64,000 nt of DNA from Octopus vulgaris (Eukaryota), in the NCBI GenBank assembly GCA_951406725.2, contig OX597825.1, positions 34,782,001 through 34,846,000 on the forward strand. The letters run 5' to 3'. The position numbers were made by a program, and so were the translations under genes. Below, piece by piece: positions 1-12,615 of the stretch (position 1 is its first letter; each line of letters starts with the position of its first letter). Below the pieces are notes generated by a model, which was not told the DNA's origin, did no database searches, and saw only the letters and a list, made by a program, of their open reading frames with translations.

Positions 1-106
1 TGTCATTACAATAATGATTCTTTTAAAATTTCTCAAGATATGTAACATCACATCACCATCATTGTTTAGCATCCATATTCAACGTATTTCTTTATTTCTT
101 TTACAG

Positions 107-228
107 GAAATATTTGGTCCAGTTTTGACCTTGTTTGTATATCCGGATGCAGAATATAAAACATATGCCAATTTAGTGAATGACACATCTCCCTTTGGAC
201 TTACTGGAGCAATTTATGCTCTAGACAG
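107..228 (+). CDS. ALDH4A1: ALDH4A1 (delta-1-pyrroline-5-carboxylate dehydrogenase) antepenultimate coding exon
   Basis: ttacag|GAA acceptor and AG|gtatgt donor; encodes EIFGPVLTLFVY...PFGLTGAIYALD with the ALDH EIFGP motif; phase joins next exon. Confidence 0.95.
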
Positions 229-361
229 GTATGTTATATATATATATATATATACACACACATGCATATATTGTCATAATTATTTAAATTTTGGGTGGCA
301 AGCTGGCAGAATCATTAGCACATTGGGCAAAATGCTTAGTGGCATTTCATGGTTGATTGTT

Positions 362-640
362 TTACTGTAGCAGTTGTATCCACATCCGGTTCTGTTTAGC
401 TTGTCAGTTAAAGGTGTCAGTGCCAGGCAGAAAAGGAGTTTCAAGTCTCCTTGAAATATTCCTCTTGTAATGTGGATGGTTTTAGTTTTTATGAGTCCCT
501 CTTTAGTCTGGAGATGCCACACTGTTTGCCATTTGTCCATGGCATGTTTTATATATTTTATTATTATTGGTGTTACCTTGTTCATGGCTTATGTTTCCAT
601 GATCCATGCATGGGGAAAACTGTCAAAGCCTTTTGATAAT
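362..640 (-). mobile_element. Non-LTR retrotransposon RT fragment, R4/Dong-like
   Basis: Frameshifted remnants KGFDSFPHAWI and ITRGIFQGD..LLFCLALTPLTDKLNRTGCGY; abuts an (AAT)n tract. Confidence 0.7.
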
Positions 641-659
641 CTGTCATCATTGTTGTTGG

Positions 660-677
660 TTATTATTATTATTATTA

Positions 678-708
<31 letters not shown>

Positions 709-740
709 CATTATTATTATTATCATCATCATCATCATTA
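660..740. repeat. (ATT)n/(ATC)n microsatellite
   Basis: Direct reading; source of the poly-Ile ORFs. Confidence 0.95.
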
Positions 741-1324
741 ATTTTCTTGTGGCAGAATCAGTGAGTACCAGACAGTGTCCCTTTATATTGTGTTTAATTC
801 CCACCAGTGTCAACTTTTTGTTTCTTATCTTCCTGAGGTCAATAAAATGTCAGTGTAATACCAGAGTATCTTTAAGTGACTTGAGTTGTTCCCAAAACTG
901 TGCTTTATCTTCATGTTAAAAATTAATATTTTTAGCAAGCAAATAAGAGAATTGGTAGAGAGGTTTATGAAATCCATGCAAATGGTGAACTTTGATGTTC
1001 ATCTTTCTAGGACCAGTACATTACATATTAGTTAAGTACTGGTGTTGATTTAATCAAGTGTACATCCTTCTCTCAAAATATGTGCCCTTGTGTCTATGTT
1101 GCAAAAGCACATGCATGGCTTAGTGATAAGGGTGTTACAGTTATGATTGCAAGATTACAGTTTCAATTCTGAGACCAGGCAGTGCATTAAGTTCTTGAGC
1201 AACACACTTCATTTCACATTGCTTCAGTTCATTCACTTGAAAATGAGCTCCAGCAATGGATGAGAAGTTAACCTTCTGACAGACTGGAGTCCTCTTCAGG
1301 ATGGAATGCTGTAATCTATGTGAG

Positions 1325-1645
1325 AGCATGTGACTTAGTGGTTAGGCTATTCGGCACATAATTGCAAGGTCATGGGTTCAATTACTGCTGGAGCATTGTG
1401 TCCTTGAGCAAAACATTTAATTTCACATTGCTCCAGTCCACTCAACTGGTAAAAATGAGTAGTACCTTTATTTCAAAGGGTCAGCCTTGTCATGTTCTGT
1501 GTCACAATGAATCTCCCTAACAACTACATTAAGGTTATGTATGCCTGAGGGGTGCTCATCCATTTGCACATTAATTTCACAAGTAGGTTGTTCTGTTAAT
1601 CAGATCCACTGGAACGCTCATCATCATGACTGACGGAGTTCCAGT
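1325..1645 (+). mobile_element. tRNA-derived SINE (same family as 16846-17148 and 39763-40082)
   Basis: A-box-like tagtggttagg, B-box-like gggttcaatt, shared body ccagtccactcaactgg...gacggag. Confidence 0.75.
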
Positions 1646-1811
1646 TAGTGCCAGTTATGTCACTCATTCACCATGGAAACCAGATTAACCTTTGGCCTTA
1701 TGAGACTAGGGCACATGAAAGACCTAAATGTGCTTGAGTTAGATATAATTATTATACTATTTAACTCTTTCATTTTCTTCATGTATTTTTTTTTTCTTTT
1801 TCTGCCTATAG

Positions 1812-1930
1812 TGAAGCATTAGACACATTGAATGACATCTTCAGAGATTCAGTCGGTAACTATTACATCAATGATAAATCAACTGGATCTATTGTCGGTC
1901 AACAACCGTTTGGTGGAAGTCGGTTGTCAG
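1812..1930 (+). CDS. ALDH4A1: ALDH4A1 penultimate coding exon
   Basis: tag|T acceptor after polypyrimidine tract, G|gtaagt donor; encodes SVGNYYINDKSTGSIVGQQPFGGSRLSG, the ALDH4 signature. Confidence 0.96.
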
Positions 1931-2218
1931 GTAAGTTATCATCCCAGTAATTTGACTTCATACAGTCTGAAGTGTACTCTAACTATTTGCTTTATCTAAA
2001 CATTACATTAATTGTGATATTATGCCATTACATTACTGTAATTAAGGCCTCATCCATTCATGAATGCACACAACATATATTGTAGCCATGTGTAACTATG
2101 CATATATATACTCATATACATTACATATATGTAACTATGCATATATATATATATATATATATTCACTCATAAATGCACACAACATATATTGTAGCAATGT
2201 GTTTTACACATATATATG

Positions 2219-2510
2219 TTTTGTTGTTTGTTCCTTCTCGAGCCATGCCTGGCTCATAAGGGCCAGTTTCCAGGTTTCCTTGGTGTATAGGCTCCCCACC
2301 TGGATGGGACGCCGGTCCGTCGCAGGCGAGCTGTAAGATGCAGGAGGAAAGAGTGAGAGAAAGTTGTAGCGAAAGAGTCAGCAGAAGTTCACCATTACTT
2401 TCTGCCGGAGCTGTGTGGAGCTCGGGTGTTTCGCTCATAAACACACACATCGCCCGGTCTGAGATTCAAACCTGCGATTCCTCGACTGCAAGTCCGCTGC
2501 TCTAATCTCC
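2219..2510 (-). mobile_element. tRNA-derived SINE with Meta-domain-like core
   Basis: Highly similar to 15473-15777; B-box gtttgaatc; core gacggaccggcgtcccatccagg. Confidence 0.75.
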
Positions 2511-3405
2511 ACACACATATATATACTCATATACATTACATATATGTAACTATGCATATATATATATATATATATATATTCACTCATAAATGCACACAAC
2601 ATATATTGAAGTAATGCACTGTTGCACTGTACATATACATATTCATGTATACACATATACTGTAACAATGTGCCTCATGTATACATATATATCATCATCA
2701 CCACTGAATGCCCCTTTTTTCTATTAAACTCAATTTGTTGTGTGGTTCTGTGGAACATGAAGCAGAAAGCAGATGAAGCTGTAAATAATATGTAAATATT
2801 AGATTAAAGCCCTTTGGATGAAAAAAAGTCAAAGGCTGCCTGTGGGACATGAACCCACATTTCCCATAAACACAACAGATGTTCTACCATTGGACCAAAG
2901 TAATCTTTTGAATTTCTCTGTCCAGTTCAGAAACTTTATTCTTATCAGTGAGAGTTGTGTTGTTGACGTCATAAAAATTTAGAAAATTCAAGAGAATATT
3001 TACAGGCTATTATTTATATAACTCTATCTGCTTCAAGTTTCACTGTTCTAAGCCTTTTAACCACACAGCCATGCCTGTGACTAATTAGTCATGCTTGCAC
3101 ATGTATATTAATATCTTAAAAAAGACATGATGGTCACAGCTGGAATTTGTTTGATTATCTGTCGGCCACACCAAGTCTGACAAGTGTTGTAGAAACTAAT
3201 GAAGGAAACTCTACGTTTCTTGCTCACTCTGCTAAACATAGCAGTTAAATCTTCCTTAAATCACAACTTTTCATTTTAAACAAATATGACTGTCGCATTG
3301 GATAATATGTCTTAGATATACTGACTTTAAAAAAAGGAAAGAAAGAAAGGTTGATCACAGATGGAATGCTTTTGATTGTAGGTCTGCTCAGTTATGGCTA
3401 ACCTA

Positions 3406-4118
3406 CAAGGACTAGCTGAAAAGTTCATAACCTGACCAAGATACTCTCATGAAATGTAACCAAATGAGGTTTATTTTTCAACATAATCCGCCTTAATAAA
3501 CATTCAAGAAAACCAGCCGGATCTGCCTCAAACAATGTCAGATTTTTCTGTGATATAATCAGCCTGGTGTGCTTTTGATCAGGTGTCTGAAGATGTAACA
3601 CCCATCAGGCAATAACTTTTGTCATTGTTCATTGTGTAGAATATTCTTAACTCTCTCATGGGATATGCTAATAGCGTTGGCAATTTGATTTATAGTCATT
3701 GCCTGTCATCCATCACCATGTGATAAACATGATCAATGTTTTCTTTTGGGGTGGCAGTTGCAGGATGCCAGACCTTGAGTCATCTTCAAGATTCTCCCTT
3801 CCCTCCTAAATTCAGCAGCCTATTTCTGCACTGTTGATAAAGCTGAAGCACCATCCTCTAACATAACTATATCAGCATGAATGTCGTTGGGGGCTAAAAC
3901 ATTTTTTTCTGAAGGTACAATGCAATGCCAAATTTTCTCCATTTTTAAGAGAAGTTGCTACTAGCTACTTTTGAAGTCATCGTCGAACTGTCAGATGTCA
4001 GTTTACCTGGAAAGAAACAATGAAGTTATTAATAAGAAGAGATGAAATTAATGCCTGCAAGATTTCATATATCTATCATCATTCCTTCATAGTCTATAAA
4101 TTTTTCAACCCACCTTCA
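3406..4118 (-). mobile_element. Internally deleted mariner (Tc1/mariner) element
   Basis: TA-flanked imperfect TIRs; minus strand holds decayed transposase HTH (LSTVQK*AAEFRR, NLEDDSRSG, HMVMDDRQ, TINQIANAISISHERVKNILHNE). Confidence 0.8.
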
Positions 4119-4395
4119 TAGATTGAACTGTAACAACCAGATTTATGTGAAATGTTTTCTTGTACAGTACAGACTTGATTGAATATATCAGGAATACAGA
4201 TTTACTGAAGGCTTTTCCTTTTGTTTTCACTAAACAATAGTTGCAGGCATGTCTGTGTAAAGAAACTTGCTTTTTAATCATGTGATTTCAGGTTCAATCC
4301 CACTGTGATGATGATGATGATGAACTACAATATTATATATTCAAACATACATTTACCCACACACAACTAATATATGTTCTAATATATATTTTCAG

Positions 4396-4508
4396 GTACA
4401 AATGACAAAGCTGGTGGGCCATACTACCTCATGAAATTCGTTTCTATACAATCAATCAAAGAAAGCAAATCTCCACTTCAAACATGGAAATATCCATACA
4501 TGGGTTAA
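4396..4508 (+). CDS. ALDH4A1: ALDH4A1 last coding exon
   Basis: ttttcag|GT acceptor; encodes GTNDKAGGPYYLMKFVSIQSIKESKSPLQTWKYPYMG then TAA at 4506-4508, matching the ALDH4A1 C-terminus. Confidence 0.96.
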
Positions 4509-7500
4509 AACTTCAATATGTTGATAAATATCTCATAAATTTCAGGCAGCTATAAAACACGAAAAACTGGAAAATGGAGAAATACTCAAATCAAATGTAT
4601 TTTAATAGTTCTTGATTTTTTTTTAATATTTGTGTGTATGTTTTATGTGTGTGTGTGTTAAGTGGAAATAGTGTTGTGTAGATCTGATTTTAGTCTAAAC
4701 TATATATTTATAGTTCAGGAAATTATTGTAATTCTAAGGTTGAGAAGAAACCTATAATTTAGTACAAATTCCTTATTCTAAATTTAATTTCCAAATAAAA
4801 TATTTGGAAGAATTTTTTTCTATTGTGGCTTGTTGGTTATTGTTTTTCTTTCTTTTTGAATCAAGTCAGAGCTTAATTGTATTATTACATTTAATATGTA
4901 CCCAAAGACTTGGGTCTCAACCGCAATTTAAGGATACAAGCTTCATTTTAGTTAAGAAGTCCTTAAGGTTTTTTTTTATTTGTTCATGTAGCCATTTCCC
5001 AAACTTTTTTTGAAGTATTTATTATATAAGAATTACTACAACATTGTGATTACTCATGTGTGGTTCTGGGCATATTCTTCCTTTTTCTACGAGAAGTTTG
5101 ATCTACCAAGTCACACACACACATACATAGCAATTTTGTTTTTGTAATAAGAACAAACTCACAAAGGCACCTTCTGACTTGCTTGTGAATTAATATTTAA
5201 GGTAAACCATCAGATTTGCTACAATGATCTGCTTTGACAAATGGAACCACTTCTTATCCAGTTCTTGCTTAACTTTGGGTTTATCTTGTTATAAGGTGCT
5301 AATCTTGAATGTAAGCAGGGAATGGTGTAATTATTCCCATGACTGCATCATGAGTAGAATTCATGGGTTATGAAATCCTTGTTTTTTACCATTATTTCTG
5401 TAAAACTAAAATGTTTTTGGTGATACTGAAACACTGGTTATACATATCATAATATATTCATATATATCTGCATATATTGTACGTATATATAATATATGAT
5501 GTATATATGTGTATTTGGATAAGAGAAAAAGGCACTTAATATATGTAGTAGAGATTATTTATTTGATCTTGAATCTTCACTCTGTCGCTATTCTGAATTT
5601 CTCATTGCTTTCATATTCTTCTAAGCGACTGCCAAAATATTCTGGTTTCGAAGGACATCAGGGTTTTCGTTCATTTGCTGTTGGCTCTGTATATGAAGAA
5701 ACAGGCTATTTGTTAGTATCTACTATTCGAGACTAGGTAGCACATAAGTGTTTACCCCATTGATGGTAGGAGTGAATTGCTGTCAGTTGTATTTTGGTGT
5801 TGCCAAGTCCTGTTATTAGATGCTTATTTTTGTATCTATATTTTGACATGACCTTTTTTTTTTTTTTTTACCCACCATCTCAAAAATACTGCATGACAAT
5901 ATATTGCTCAAACAAGTAAAATGGGAAACTTTTAGATCTGTTGACAAAGAAATACTGTTTAAATGAGAAGAGATTGTGCCAAAATGTAGACACAAAAATA
6001 GTATCTTCTGAAGAACATTCAATTACATGTAGAAGGATTTAGCATCAAAATCATACATAGCAGTTATATATCAATGTATTTTTAAAGTGAAATCTTACTT
6101 GAGTAAAAAAGAAAAAAATACAAGATGTGGAATATTAGTACTTTGGTTTGGTACTGTATTTCTTGGCATGTCTTTTTATAATACTATAGTCTGTTTATTG
6201 TGAAGGATTAAAAACAAACCCCTTCGCCTTCCCAAAAGAGAATAGATTTGGAAAGTGTTGTGTTCAGTTTAATTAATGAGAAATTAGATGACGTTATATA
6301 CTTAATCTTTTTTCCCATCCATTTTGTCTGCTACGTTGATAAGAAAAAGAAAAAATAATCCAATGGTAACTTTTTTCTTTTCGTGTTTTTACATTGTGAA
6401 ATTACCAACTTTAATGTGTCAATTCTCTTGATGTATATGTATATTTTGGTTGAAAACTGACTTACATTTTCAAACAGTTTTGTCATCAAAATATATGTTT
6501 CAGTGATTTCTATTCATTTAAAGTTTCCAGAAAACTCTTAAAGTGAAAGCCCTTCCTTGTCCAAAGAATATAACAGAACTGCTGGTAGTCATTGGGATCC
6601 AGTTTTGATTTTCTGCTTCAGTATGTTTCAGTTGTAAGCTTCACACTGTTAACTATAACTACAAACTGTTTTATATATACAAGCTTCTGGTTTCTAATAC
6701 AACTGACGTATGATTGTTATTACATGGAAATAATTGTGTTGGATTTTAAATGTTGAAATGTATTATTATATTGTCTAAGTAAATAGTACATTTTTATGGC
6801 AGCTACATTGTTGAATTCAATCTTATGATTATTGTATTAGGTAGAACTCATATCTACTTCAGAATTAAAGATCCTTTTACTTATGTATTTTAGATACTTT
6901 ACAAACAAAAACAAAAAAAAAAACAACAAAAAATACTGACTGAAGAGGAAAATGTTTATATTGGAAATGTTTTATAAAACTACATTTTAATACAGTGTCC
7001 TTGTACTATTTCGGGTTGTGCAGATCATATAAATATGTTTAAAATAACTTCAGTTTTTGACTAGACATCATTCCATTAACAGTCCTAATGGAAATAGCTA
7101 TGTAACAAAATATCTTTTGTTGCCATTTCTGTCTAACTGTTGTATTGTTTTTTAATTAAGATGTTTAAATGATTCAGTTTATAAAGCCGGCTAAACAATC
7201 ATGAAATTTATTCCAATTTTTGTGATAGATATGCATTTAGAATTGTTTTGATTATTTTTAAATGAAAAGGCAAAATCCTTTTATTATAATAGTTATGTAC
7301 TTATTTAAAGTTAAGTCATTTGTTATAAGCTTTACTGAATTTTTGAAACATTTATTATATAAATTCATTGAGATTTAATTACCAAATCTATTATTTCTTA
7401 TCAGCTCTGATATATTCTCCAGTCATTCCATCATTTTTACACATAGCATTCTTATGTGTTATGTTACCACTCACATTATTATACAAATGACAAAAGGAAT

Positions 7501-8373
7501 TGGGATTTGGATTTGAATCTCAGTGTTAAGAACTTGTTTCTGTAGATTTACAGTACCTCACAAAATATAGCAGTCAAAAGTGATGGTGTAAAAACAAAGT
7601 AAAGAGTTATTAATCTCTGATGAATTCAGGTGCTACTACAGCATATTTGTTTGTTTTTTTTTGTTAAATTTAAAGGGAAATTCATTCTGTCCAATTTGCA
7701 TTGGTAACAAACATATCAAGTCATGTCTTATCGTGATTTACTCATTAATAAAATATTACAGTCTCTTTTAAAAAATGAAAAACGGATGTTTAAAATTAAG
7801 AATATAATTTTTCTGAGAGAATCCACTTCAAATTCAGTTAAAATGTGAATAGTACATCTCAATTTTCTTCACAGTTCATTGCAAGATCATAAAAAGTGCT
7901 TGATTCTTGCATTAGGGGGCAACTCAACTGGTGTTCCATTGTACATCTGTAAGTTGCAAACGTGATAATACAAGTGAGCTAATTCTAAGAGGGTAAATCG
8001 CTGTTGCTGAATGTGGTCTCTTAAGACATGTGCCATAGATTTAACATAAAAGTCCATCCAAAACTTTTTTCTTGCTTATAAATATCAGTGTGCTATATAT
8101 GTGAGGCTGATATCTATTAAGTTCCCTCTCGTGCCTATCTGTAATAAATAGTGTCCTACACACCTGATTCTTCATTCTTTTAAGTCCCCTCCCACACATC
8201 TTTCACTGCTAATAATGAACAGAATAAACTCTTGTTATAAAAGTGATAGGCCACATTGTTTTTGTCCATTCCGTTTGTGTATTTTCCCCTTGAAGGCACA
8301 CACACATGCTACATCAGCAGTATTTCAGTAGTCCTTAAATTACTTTGAATGCTGTGCTCCTGCATACACCCAA

Positions 8374-8408
<35 letters not shown>

Positions 8409-8843
8409 ACCATATGAGGTAACTTTAGTTAAGAGCCCATGTTATCAGTTAACTGTGAATAAACTTTTTAGCAAAATATGGAAAACATTGAGGAATTAAT
8501 TGACCATCTAGAACAATGCTTTAAATGAATAGGAATAAAATAAAGGATAATTTTCCACTATGAGATAGTTTTGATGATACCAATGGTAGCTACAATTATT
8601 TTGTTTATTTTTCTTTTCAGTTTAATAAGTTACAAAATCTTATTCCGTCTTGATTATGAGGTAAACAAATGGATTTTTATAAAATCCATTTCTGTTTAGT
8701 TATTTTTTTTTTTTATATTTGTAATATAATTTCTTTAATCTGGTTTACGGAAGACTACAAAAAATTATTTCTTTGTGGAAAAACCAAAAATATCAACCAA
8801 TATTGTTTCAAATCAAGCTGGTTGTATTTATTTGTATTGGTGA

Positions 8844-8849
8844 AATAAA
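8844..8849 (+). terminator. Candidate poly(A) signal of ALDH4A1
   Basis: AATAAA followed ~25 nt later by a U-rich tract, at the end of a ~4.3 kb SINE-free stretch. Confidence 0.45.
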
Positions 8850-9833
8850 ATAGTTACAGCCACTTCTTTGCCTAGTTTTTTTTTTTGCTTTAATTTCAAA
8901 CTATATAATTTTCATTATAACATCCAATTTTTCTTTAAAATTGTATGTGTTGAATTTAGATTAGTTTAAGTATTGGCTTTTTTTTTCTTTTTGAGGTAAG
9001 TAGATTGGTTACAGTTAAAATCTTGGATCATATGGCCATGAAGTCCAACCTCACTTCAAACATTGTTGTATTGTACAGTTAAAAAGATATTTACCTGCTT
9101 GCCTTAGTTGCATTTGGCTGTCTGGCAGACTTCCTAGCTTTGAAGGTTGAATGTTTAATTGTGAGCTGAAGAAGCCTCTGTGTTATTGCTCAGCCTGCTA
9201 GATATTACCAAATCTCCTGTAAATCATATAAATATGGCTAATAGCTGGAATTCATTGTGAATTTATTTGACCAAAGTTGAAGTGAAATTCAATAACAATT
9301 TCCTCAGCACAGGAGCAGGTGTGACTGTGGTCAAGAAGTTTGTTTCCCAGCCACAGAGTTTTTGGTTCAGTTCCTCTGTGTGACACCTTGGGCAAGTGTC
9401 TTCTACCATAGCCCCTGGCAAGCCAAAGCCTTGTGAGTGGATTTGATAGACAGAAACAAAAGGAAATCCATCATTATCTATGTTTGAGTGTTTGTGTCCC
9501 CTTGTCTTGATAGTGTGTGATTGTCATTTATTTCCAGTATTCTGTAAAAATATGTTTAGTCATAGGGAAATATTACCTTGCTTGGAAACAGTTAAGGATT
9601 AGTGAAAAGAAGGGCATCCAACAGTAAAACATCTTCCTCAATAAACTGTCCAACTCATGCAAGCATAGAAAAGAAGGATGATGATGATGTGAAGTCCCAC
9701 ATCAATGAAAACTATCCCAATTTACAGTTTCCATTGATGAAAATTAAAAATGAGTATAAAGAAATAAACGAACCCCGTTTCTAAGACATTTGTGAAAGAA
9801 AGTCATAAAAAGTGCAAAATTATAAAACAAGAA

Positions 9834-9839
9834 TTTATT
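9834..9839 (-). terminator. Candidate poly(A) signal of SLC30A5
   Basis: AATAAA ~50 nt after the stop codon with downstream U/GU-rich sequence. Confidence 0.55.
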
Positions 9840-9885
9840 TGAATATATATATATATATTATAAAATTTCATAAATAATATAATCA

Positions 9886-10068
9886 TCATATTGAAGCAAT
9901 GGAGGGGACTGCTGTGATGCTCTCAACGTTTGATCTGCCAAATGTTCTGGACTGTTGAATCATTGGGTCAAATGTAGCACCAAGTCCTGACAAGTGCAGG
10001 AAGTAAGCTTCTTTTTCAACTTGGATCACAAGACTGTGAACGCCAATGTCTTTGAAAATACCATTTAC
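9886..10068 (-). CDS. SLC30A5: SLC30A5 (ZnT5) coding exon 16 (last)
   Basis: ttccag|GTA; VNGIFKDIGVHSLVIQVEKEAYFLHLSGL...stop; QVEKEAYF.H.SGL is the ZnT5 C-terminal motif. Confidence 0.95.
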   Translation of the reverse strand, partial: VNGIFKDIGVHSLVIQVEKEAYFLHLSGLGATFDPMIQQSRTFGRSNVESITAVPSIASI

Positions 10069-11490
10069 CTGGAAAATATTTGTTTTTATTATACTGCGGT
10101 AGCATTTTCTCAAATGTATTTTTAATGACTTGGATTTTAAAGCAGAGTTTGCTTTACAGAAATTGGTACCATAGTCAAGAATAAATATTAACAAATGATT
10201 GCATGCAACACAAAATTACATTGCAAAAAAAGATCATTACAAGTGGCTTCAAATCTTTGGCAGATTGAAAGAGAACTGGAACAGGGGATTGATATATGAG
10301 AGTAGTTAGTAGTTCTGAATTGTTCAGAGGGCACACTAGACATAGTTAATATCTATTACATAAGTAATCTAATTAGTGCAGGGTGTGGTCACAGCAGAAA
10401 CATTAATAGACTAAAAAAAATAGTAGAAAGTTTAGGGTTCTTGGATATGTTCACAAGAAAGGGCTTATCACCAGGAAAAGAGCAAATTATAGAGTATGAC
10501 TAAAAAGCGTGATATAACTTGAACTGTCTAGGAGGGTAGTAACTCCAAATAAGATCTGACTCAGATCATACATATCCAACCCATGCCAATGTAGAAGGTA
10601 GATTATTGTGTGGTTGAGGGGTTTGCTTCCCAACCACATGGTTTCAGGTTCAATTCCACTGTGTAGTACCTTGGGGCAAATGTCTTCCATAGCGTCAGGC
10701 TTACCAAAGCCTTGTGAATGGATCTGGAAGATCTGTTGTATATGTGATTGTTGACTTGTCCTGACATTGTGCAATAGTTGTAAATGAGTATTACTCTCAT
10801 CATGGTGTCCTTCATTTTCCAATCCTCCAAGCCATGTAGAAATATTACCCGACTTGGAAACAGCTGATGGTTGGTGAAAGGAAGGATCATCTGGCTAGAA
10901 AATCTACCTCAACAAATTCCTTCTGACCCATGTGGAGATGGAAAAGTGGACATTAAAGAAGATGAAATTATTTACTTTATAAAGCTGGCTAAACAATAAC
11001 AATTATAGTTCTATATTTAAGAGAGGAGGAATTATGTACATTATTTACATTTATCCATCAAATGTAAATAACAATTATATTCTAAATTCATTCATTATAG
11101 AGATATGTAAATGTATTTAGAATTGTTTTGATCTTTACATGAAGAGTTAAAAAGTCCTTTGACTAAAATAATTATGTACTTATTTAGTGTGAGACTGCTT
11201 TTAGCAGATGGTTACAAGAATTTCAGCCAGGTCTCTAGTCTAACTTCATCCACCAATCTCAGAGGCCATAGAACTGAGCAAAAGTGTGGCTCTTCCTTCA
11301 TTAAGGGAAAAATAAAATTTCATGTTCAAGGCACATGGTTAAGGAGTTTGCTTTCCAACCACATGGTTTTGAGTTCAGTCTCAATGTGTGTCACCTTGGA
11401 CAAGTACCTTCTACTATAGCTCTGAGATGACCAAAGTCTTCTGAATAGATTTGGTAGACAAATTGAAAGCAGCCTATATGTATATAATTT

Positions 11491-11797
11491 AATATACTCA
11501 GGATTTAAGGCAATGAGCTGGCAGAATTGTTACTGTGTTTAGCAGCATTTCATCAGTCTTTACACCCAGAGTTCAAATTCCACTGTGGTCCATAATATAC
11601 TCAGGATTTAAGGCAATGAGCTGGCAGAATTGTTAGTGTTTAGCAGCATTTCATCAGTCTTTACACCCAGAGTTCAAATTCCACTGTGGTCCATAATATA
11701 CTCAGGATTTAAGGCAATGAGCTGGCAGAATTGTTACTGTGTTTAGCAGCATTTCATCAGTCTTTACACCCAGAGTTCAAATTCCACTGTGGTCCAT
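11491..11797 (+). repeat. Near-perfect triplication (103/101/103 bp) of a SINE 5' part
   Basis: Units start at 11491, 11594 and 11695. Confidence 0.9.
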
Positions 11798-12386
11798 TTT
11801 GCCTTTCATCGTTTTGGGGTCAATAAAATAAGCATTGGGGTTGATTACATCACCTCTCCCCCAAATTTGAAGCCAATATACACAGGATTTAAAATTAGCT
11901 ACTTCCATGATTGTATAACGTGCCATCTACTTACAAGCAATCTATCAGCCAAATAGTACATGGCATGCTATACAAGCTCACCTGACTATAGTACTACTGT
12001 AAGCATGAAACTTATAGTTACTGAGTTTTTAATTCTTTATATATTGAGTAATTTTTATTCTTGCTGGGTGGAGTAAATTTTTTTTTATTGATCCCACCAA
12101 TTAACTGAACATTACATTGTGTGTGTGTGTGTGCATGTGACACTATCTGTCTCTCCTTGTCACGACTATGAGAGTTGTATATGAGTGTCACTGCCATACA
12201 AGCAGTGTCATTCATTTTGAATATTCTGTGAGAATGTTTAGCCAAGTGTAAATATCTTCTTTAAACAGGTGAGGGGTTGGTGACAAGAAGGTCAGAAAGT
12301 CATAGAAAATCTTCCTTAATAAATTCCATCCTACCCATGCAAGCAAGGAAAAGTCAATGTCAAATCAATGACAATGAGTCACTTAC

Positions 12387-12515
12387 TTGAGCAATAATTT
12401 TCTGTTCACTAGCATCAGGCTTTACTTGTACATGTATACAGCCCATTATTTTGGTAGAAGTGTGGTTCCAGAAGTGTGGGTCTCTGTAGGATATCACTCC
12501 TTCCAAAGCTAAAAC
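12387..12515 (-). CDS. SLC30A5: SLC30A5 coding exon 15
   Basis: cag|GTT...CAA|gtaagt; VLALEGVISYRDPHFWNHTSTKIMGCIHVQVKPDASEQKIIAQ. Confidence 0.95.
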
Positions 12516-12615
12516 CTGAAGAAATAAACAGACAAAAATAAAATATCATACACACACACACACACACACACATGAAATATGAGAGAAAGAAAATGGAATT
12601 CAGGAGACTCTTTAA

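Noticed and set aside
470-919. 149-aa ORF with a poly-Ile run
   Set aside because: Translation of the (ATT)n microsatellite and the antisense strand of an RT fragment.
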